Part shown: positions 36,828-42,388 of the stretch, in pieces
Numbering within the stretch: the stretch's first letter is position 1
How the letters are laid out: the number at the start of each line of letters is the position of its first letter
NCBI RefSeq assembly: GCF_001194135.2
Contig: NC_068986.1
Span: forward strand, 8,640,128 to 8,682,515
Length of the DNA: 42,388 nt
From: Octopus bimaculoides
Lineage: Eukaryota
Direction: 5' to 3'
The notes under the pieces: model-generated
Told to the model about the DNA's origin: nothing
The model's database searches: none
Seen by the model: only the letters and a program-made list of their open reading frames with translations
Translations under genes and position numbers: made by a program

Positions 36828-37088
36828 TGTTGTTACCAGAGGCAGTAGAAAGCCAGAGTAATTTATTTTGAAGCATTTCCTTTCATCTCTTTTCTTTTAA
36901 AGCCCTCGGGGTTTCAGTTTTCCTCTCATTTTCACGGGCTCAATAAGGGTCCATTGTAAGAATCTATCCTTCCCTACAAAATATCCAGCTCTACCAATTA
37001 CTGTGTGTTCCGAATATCCTATGAAATGTGACGTGTGGAGTTATTCTTATATCTCCATCTCCCCCTTGCAAATAAATGAAATTATCAA

Positions 37089-37162
<74 letters not shown>

Positions 37163-37467
37163 GTGAAGGCGCATGGCTCAGTGGTTAGAGCGTCGAGTTT
37201 ATTGCCTATCCCGCTCAAAAGGTCCCTGAATAAGGTTTGTTTAAGGATGTTGAGCAAAACACCCATGTTTCCAAAGGTGAATTATTCAAACCCCGAAGAA
37301 TTCCTCTCAACACATGGCTATGATGCTCCCCCACTACTTCTGCTCATGATCAGAGATGCACATATCTTCAGCCACCAAAGGACATGATCAACTAGTTAAA
37401 GTCAAACAATTGGCAAGCAAATCTGTGGTATTCAGCAGAATATTTGCTGTAGCCCATCTTTTTATAC
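37163..37467 (+). mobile_element. SINE-B head (37163-37198, + strand) fused to an internal family-A fragment (37204-37467, antisense)
   Basis: GTGAAGGCGCATGGCTCAGTGGTTAGAGCGTCGAG, then a sequence colinear with 4526-4790. Flanked by (TTA)n on both sides. Confidence 0.8.
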
Positions 37468-37483
37468 CTTATTATTATTATTA

Positions 37484-37539
<56 letters not shown>

Positions 37540-38618
37540 TATTATTATTATTATTTTTTATTATTATTATTTTTTTTTTATTATTATTATTATTNNNNNN
37601 NNNNNNNNNNNNNNNNNNNNNNNNNNNNNNNNNNNNNNNNNNNNNNNNNNNNNNNNNNNNNNNNNNNNNNNNNNNNNNNNNNNNNNNNNNNNNNNNNNNN
37701 NNNNNNNNNNNNNNNNNNNNNNNNNNNNNNNNNNNNNNNNNNNNNNNNNNNNNNNNNNNNNNNNNNNNNNNNNNNNNNNNNNNNNNNNNNNNNNNNNNNN
37801 NNNNNNNNNNNNNNNNNNNNNNNNNNNNNNNNNNNNNNNNNNNNNNNNNNNNNNNNNNNNNNNNNNNNNNNNNNNNNNNNNNNNNNNNNNNNNNNNNNNN
37901 NNNNNNNNNNNNNNNNNNNNNNNNNNNNNNNNNNNNNNNNNNNNNNNNNNNNNNNNNNNNNNNNNNNNNNNNNNNNNNNNNNNNNNNNNNNNNNNNNNNN
38001 NNNNNNNNNNNNNNNNNNNNNNNNNNNNNNNNNNNNNNNNNNNNNNNNNNNNNNNNNNNNNNNNNNNNNNNNNNNNNNNNNNNNNNNNNNNNNNNNNNNN
38101 NNNNNNNNNNNNNNNNNNNNNNNNNNNNNNNNNNNNNNNNNNNNNNNNNNNNNNNNNNNNNNNNNNNNNNNNNNNNNNNNNNNNNNNNNNNNNNNNNNNN
38201 NNNNNNNNNNNNNNNNNNNNNNNNNNNNNNNNNNNNNNNNNNNNNNNNNNNNNNNNNNNNNNNNNNNNNNNNNNNNNNNNNNNNNNNNNNNNNNNNNNNN
38301 NNNNNNNNNNNNNNNNNNNNNNNNNNNNNNNNNNNNNNNNNNNNNNNNNNNNNNNNNNNNNNNNNNNNNNNNNNNNNNNNNNNNNNNNNNNNNNNNNNNN
38401 NNNNNNNNNNNNNNNNNNNNNNNNNNNNTGTGTGTGTGTGTGCTTGTGTGTTTGTGTCTGTATGTCTGTGTGTGTGTGTGTGTTTGTGTGTTTTATGTTT
38501 GTGTGCGTGTGGGTGTGTGTGTGTGTGTGAATTGAAGGATAAAATTCATATCCCCCGACAAGTTTTTTCTCTATTTTTTTATTACTGTAATTTATGTCAT
38601 GTATCAACAGTGAACTAT

Positions 38619-38649
38619 AGCCAGACCCAGCCAGACCCAGCCAGACCCA
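38619..38649. repeat. 10-bp tandem repeat x3 (AGCCAGACCC)
   Basis: Direct reading. Confidence 0.9.
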
Positions 38650-38908
38650 TCAACCAGTTATAATCCAGAAATTATTCCAGTGTAGCCAACACACTACGGG
38701 CAACAATATGCCAAGCTAATCTCAGTATATGTAGTAGCGTATCTTATTTACATCAAACACCTGACGAGACACAGCCTGTACTTACGGATGCAACACAACT
38801 AGATTTACTATATCCCACCCGTAAGTGGCAGATGGCAGATGCCAGATGGGTCGAAACTATCATTATGCTGAATAAAGATTCTTGCTAAATCCATTTTCCG
38901 TCTCCCAC

Positions 38909-39151
38909 GTACATTGGTCCTCAAATAAGTCATTTCGTTACTCAAGACTAAAATATACTTATTTTTCCTGAAGATAGATAGATTCATACATACATACATA
39001 TATACATACATACATATATATATATATGTATATATCTATGTATGTATGTACTTATAAATTAAGAATGTAATCATTAAAATTATTATATCAGTGGCTAGCG
39101 TATAAAAATGATCCAGACATATATGTACGTGAATACACACAAACGCGCACG

Positions 39152-39212
<61 letters not shown>

Positions 39213-40034
39213 NNNNNNNNNNNNNNNNNNNNNNNNNNNNNNNNNNNNNNNNNNNNNNNNNNNNNNNNNNNNNNNNNNNNNNNNNNNNNNNNNNNNNNNN
39301 NNNNNNNNNNNNNNNNNNNNNNNNNNNNNNNNNNNNNNNNNNNNNNNNNNNNNNNNNNNNNNNNNNNNNNNNNNNNNNNNNNNNNNNNNNNNNNNNNNNN
39401 NNNNNNNNNNNNNNNNNNNNNNNNNNNNNNNNNNNNNNNNNNNNNNNNNNNNNNNNNNNNNNNNNNNNNNNNNNNNNNNNNNNNNNNNNNNNNNNNNNNN
39501 NNNNNNNNNNNNNNNNNNNNNNNNNNNNNNNNNNNNNNNNNNNNNNNNNNNNNNNNNNNNNNNNNNNNNNNNNNNNNNNNNNNNNNNNNNNNNNNNNNNN
39601 NNNNNNNNNNNNNNNNNNNNNNNNNNNNNNNNNNNNNNNNNNNNNNNNNNNNNNNNNNNNNNNNNNNNNNNNNNNNNNNNNNNNNNNNNNNNNNNNNNNN
39701 NNNNNNNNNNNNNNNNNNNNNNNNNNNNNNNNNNNNNNNNNNNNNNNNNNNNNNNNNNNNNNNNNNNNNNNNNNNNNNNNNNNNNNNNNNNGTACATTGG
39801 TCCTCAAATAAGTCATTTCGTTACTCAAGACTAAAATATACTTATTTTTCCTGAAGATAGATAGATTCATACATACATACATATATACATACATACATAT
39901 ATATATATATGTATATATCTATGTATGTATGTACTTATAAATTAAGAATGTAATCATTAAAATTATTATATCAGTGGCTAGCGTATAAAAATGATCCAGA
40001 CATATATGTACGTGAATACACACAAACGCGCACG

Positions 40035-40076
<42 letters not shown>
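38909..40076. repeat. Identical ~285-bp direct repeat on both sides of a gap (38909-39193 = 39792-40076), probable assembly artefact
   Basis: No differences seen, including in the embedded microsatellites; offset 883 bp; the second copy starts exactly at the gap edge. Confidence 0.85.
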
Positions 40077-40078
<2 letters not shown>

Positions 40079-40272
40079 CACACACAACAGAGCAGACCGG
40101 TTCGCATTCTCCAGAGACACTCGATCACAGAAAGTGAACATCTGTGAAACATTTCAGTGTTTCTCCATTCGAGGTTCCTGGGATGAACATATATGCGCGA
40201 CCACATACACATATAGACAATATATGCACACAGACACACATTTACATACACACACACATAAAAGGTATTGAA

Positions 40273-40323
<51 letters not shown>

Positions 40324-40720
40324 TGTTCAACTAAGATACGTCCACTTGCGATTGCAAGTTCATCCACGCCATGCCCACACCCACAACACGCACACATTCA
40401 TGAATACATCGACCAATTTGGTTGAGTAGAGAAACAGCCGAGAATTGCTTCGACTCATTTTATTAGCGAACGGTTTGAATTCTGCAAAGGAAACAACTTG
40501 AAATATATTCCAAAAGCATTCGCACATACATACATAGTTACACATATGCACATGCATACATACAGACATACATACATACATACATACATGCATGCATACA
40601 TACATGCATGCATGCATACATATATACATACATACGTACATACATACATACATACATACATACATACATACATAGAAACATACATACATGCATGCAAACA
40701 TACATACATACATACATACA

Positions 40721-42388
40721 TGACGACGACCGCTCCATCTTGACAGACNNNNNNNNNNNNNNNNNNNNNNNNNNNNNNNNNNNNNNNNNNNNNNNNNNNN
40801 NNNNNNNNNNNNNNNNNNNNNNNNNNNNNNNNNNNNNNNNNNNNNNNNNNNNNNNNNNNNNNNNNNNNNNNNNNNNNNNNNNNNNNNNNNNNNNNNNNNN
40901 NNNNNNNNNNNNNNNNNNNNNNNNNNNNNNNNNNNNNNNNNNNNNNNNNNNNNNNNNNNNNNNNNNNNNNNNNNNNNNNNNNNNNNNNNNNNNNNNNNNN
41001 NNNNNNNNNNNNNNNNNNNNNNNNNNNNNNNNNNNNNNNNNNNNNNNNNNNNNNNNNNNNNNNNNNNNNNNNNNNNNNNNNNNNNNNNNNNNNNNNNNNN
41101 NNNNNNNNNNNNNNNNNNNNNNNNNNNNNNNNNNNNNNNNNNNNNNNNNNNNNNNNNNNNNNNNNNNNNNNNNNNNNNNNNNNNNNNNNNNNNNNNNNNN
41201 NNNNNNNNNNNNNNNNNNNNNNNNNNNNNNNNNNNNNNNNNNNNNNNNNNNNNNNNNNNNNNNNNNNNNNNNNNNNNNNNNNNNNNNNNNNNNNNNNNNN
41301 NNNNNNNNNNNNNNNNNNNNNNNNNNNNNNNNNNNNNNNNNNNNNNNNNNNNNNNNNNNNNNNNNNNNNNNNNNNNNNNNNNNNNNNNNNNNNNNNNNNN
41401 NNNNNNNNNNNNNNNNNNNNNNNNNNNNNNNNNNNNNNNNNNNNNNNNNNNNNNNNNNNNNNNNNNNNNNNNNNNNNNNNNNNNNNNNNNNNNNNNNNNN
41501 NNNNNNNNNNNNNNNNNNNNNNNNNNNNNNNNNNNNNNNNNNNNNNNNNNNNNNNNNNNNNNNNNNNNNNNNNNNNCTCATTTGGGCCAGGATAATATGT
41601 TTTTCAATTGAGCTACAGTGCGCCCTGCGCAAAACCTCTGTATCTGCTACGAAACTCTTCCATTTTACTCCGAGGATGCGTCTTAGGCACTTTTGATGAA
41701 ACCTTTCTAGCATCTTTACATGACGCTTGTAGGTGGTCCATGTTTCGCCCGAATAAAGAAGTGCAGTCAATACACACGCTTTGTAGATGCTGATTTTTGT
41801 CTGCAGGGGGATATTTCTATCAGCCCATACTCGCTTTTCAAGCTTTCCAAATGCAGCACTTCCCTTCGCTATTCGATGGTATATTTCTGCATCAAGACCA
41901 CCATCCCTTGACAGTGTGGTTCCAAGGTAAACGAAGGTGTCAATGACTTCTAGTATTGTTCCATTCACGAAGATGTTTGGTTCAGTGTATATTTGTCCAG
42001 GTGTGGGGGTCAACATTACCTTGGTTTTCCTCAGACTTACTGTGAGTCCAAAATATGTACATGCAGTGGAAAATCTATCCATTAAATGTTGCATATCTTC
42101 CTCTGTATGTGCCAGCAAGTCAGCATCATCAGCATAGAGCAATTCTCTGACAAGTACTCTGAAAACCTTTGCCTTACATTTAAACCTGGTCAGATTAAAT
42201 ATGCTACCAGATGTCCGGAATCTGATTCCAATTCCCCTGTTACAATCCTCAAATGCATACCAAAGCAATGTGGCAAAATATATAGAGAAAAGTGTAGGGG
42301 CAGGAATATCTCCCTGTTTTACACCGTTGTCCACTGAAAATTCATCAGATAGATTACCATTAAAAACTACCTGAGCTTTCATGTTGCT
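40721..42388 (-). mobile_element. RTE-clade LINE (BovB-like), running off the window end
   Basis: RT motifs GVKQGDIPAP and LLYADDADL, K.KVM, YLGTTLS, post-RT LLYSGETWT...LERFHQKCLRRILGVKW. Putative 3' end at 40721-40748 followed by (TGTA)n; gap at 40749-41576. Confidence 0.93.
41577..42382 (-). CDS. RTE reverse transcriptase (partial, open reading frame, about 268 codons visible)
   Basis: No stop or frameshift between the window end and the gap; YADD catalytic motif intact. Confidence 0.9.

Noticed and set aside
38909-40076. Perfect ~285-bp direct repeat, initially suggestive of LTRs or a recent duplication
   Set aside because: It is identical even within mutable microsatellites and begins exactly at a gap edge, so it is most likely an unmerged contig overlap.

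Overview
Eukaryotic, AT-rich, microsatellite-saturated draft-assembly DNA with many N-gaps beside simple repeats. The repeat families and the GC-rich, divergent 5.8S rRNA suggest an octopod cephalopod such as Octopus (inference from recall, not a database match). I could not support any host protein-coding gene, so the window reads as intergenic or intronic. Most of the supplied ORF track is artefact from microsatellites and N-runs. Recognisable content: a decayed Penelope-like (GIY-YIG) element (~374-1332); an L1/Tx1 3' fragment (~2730-3955); R4/Dong 3' fragments (4894-5170, 32027-32104); a maT/DD37D-like Tc1/mariner remnant (~7860-8440); a ~1.2-kb mariner that appears chimeric (28400-29622); a young RTE LINE with an uninterrupted RT frame (40721-42388); three tRNA-derived SINE families (working labels B, C, D); and two unclassified interspersed repeats (A, E). 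The most striking observation is a ~280-bp ITS1-5.8S-ITS2 rDNA/pre-rRNA piece inserted, apparently in the same sense, inside a family-A retroposon (4167-4450). An uninterrupted family-A copy at 7021-7222 serves as an internal control. A candidate minimal hammerhead ribozyme core of the Penelope type lies at 24675-24705.
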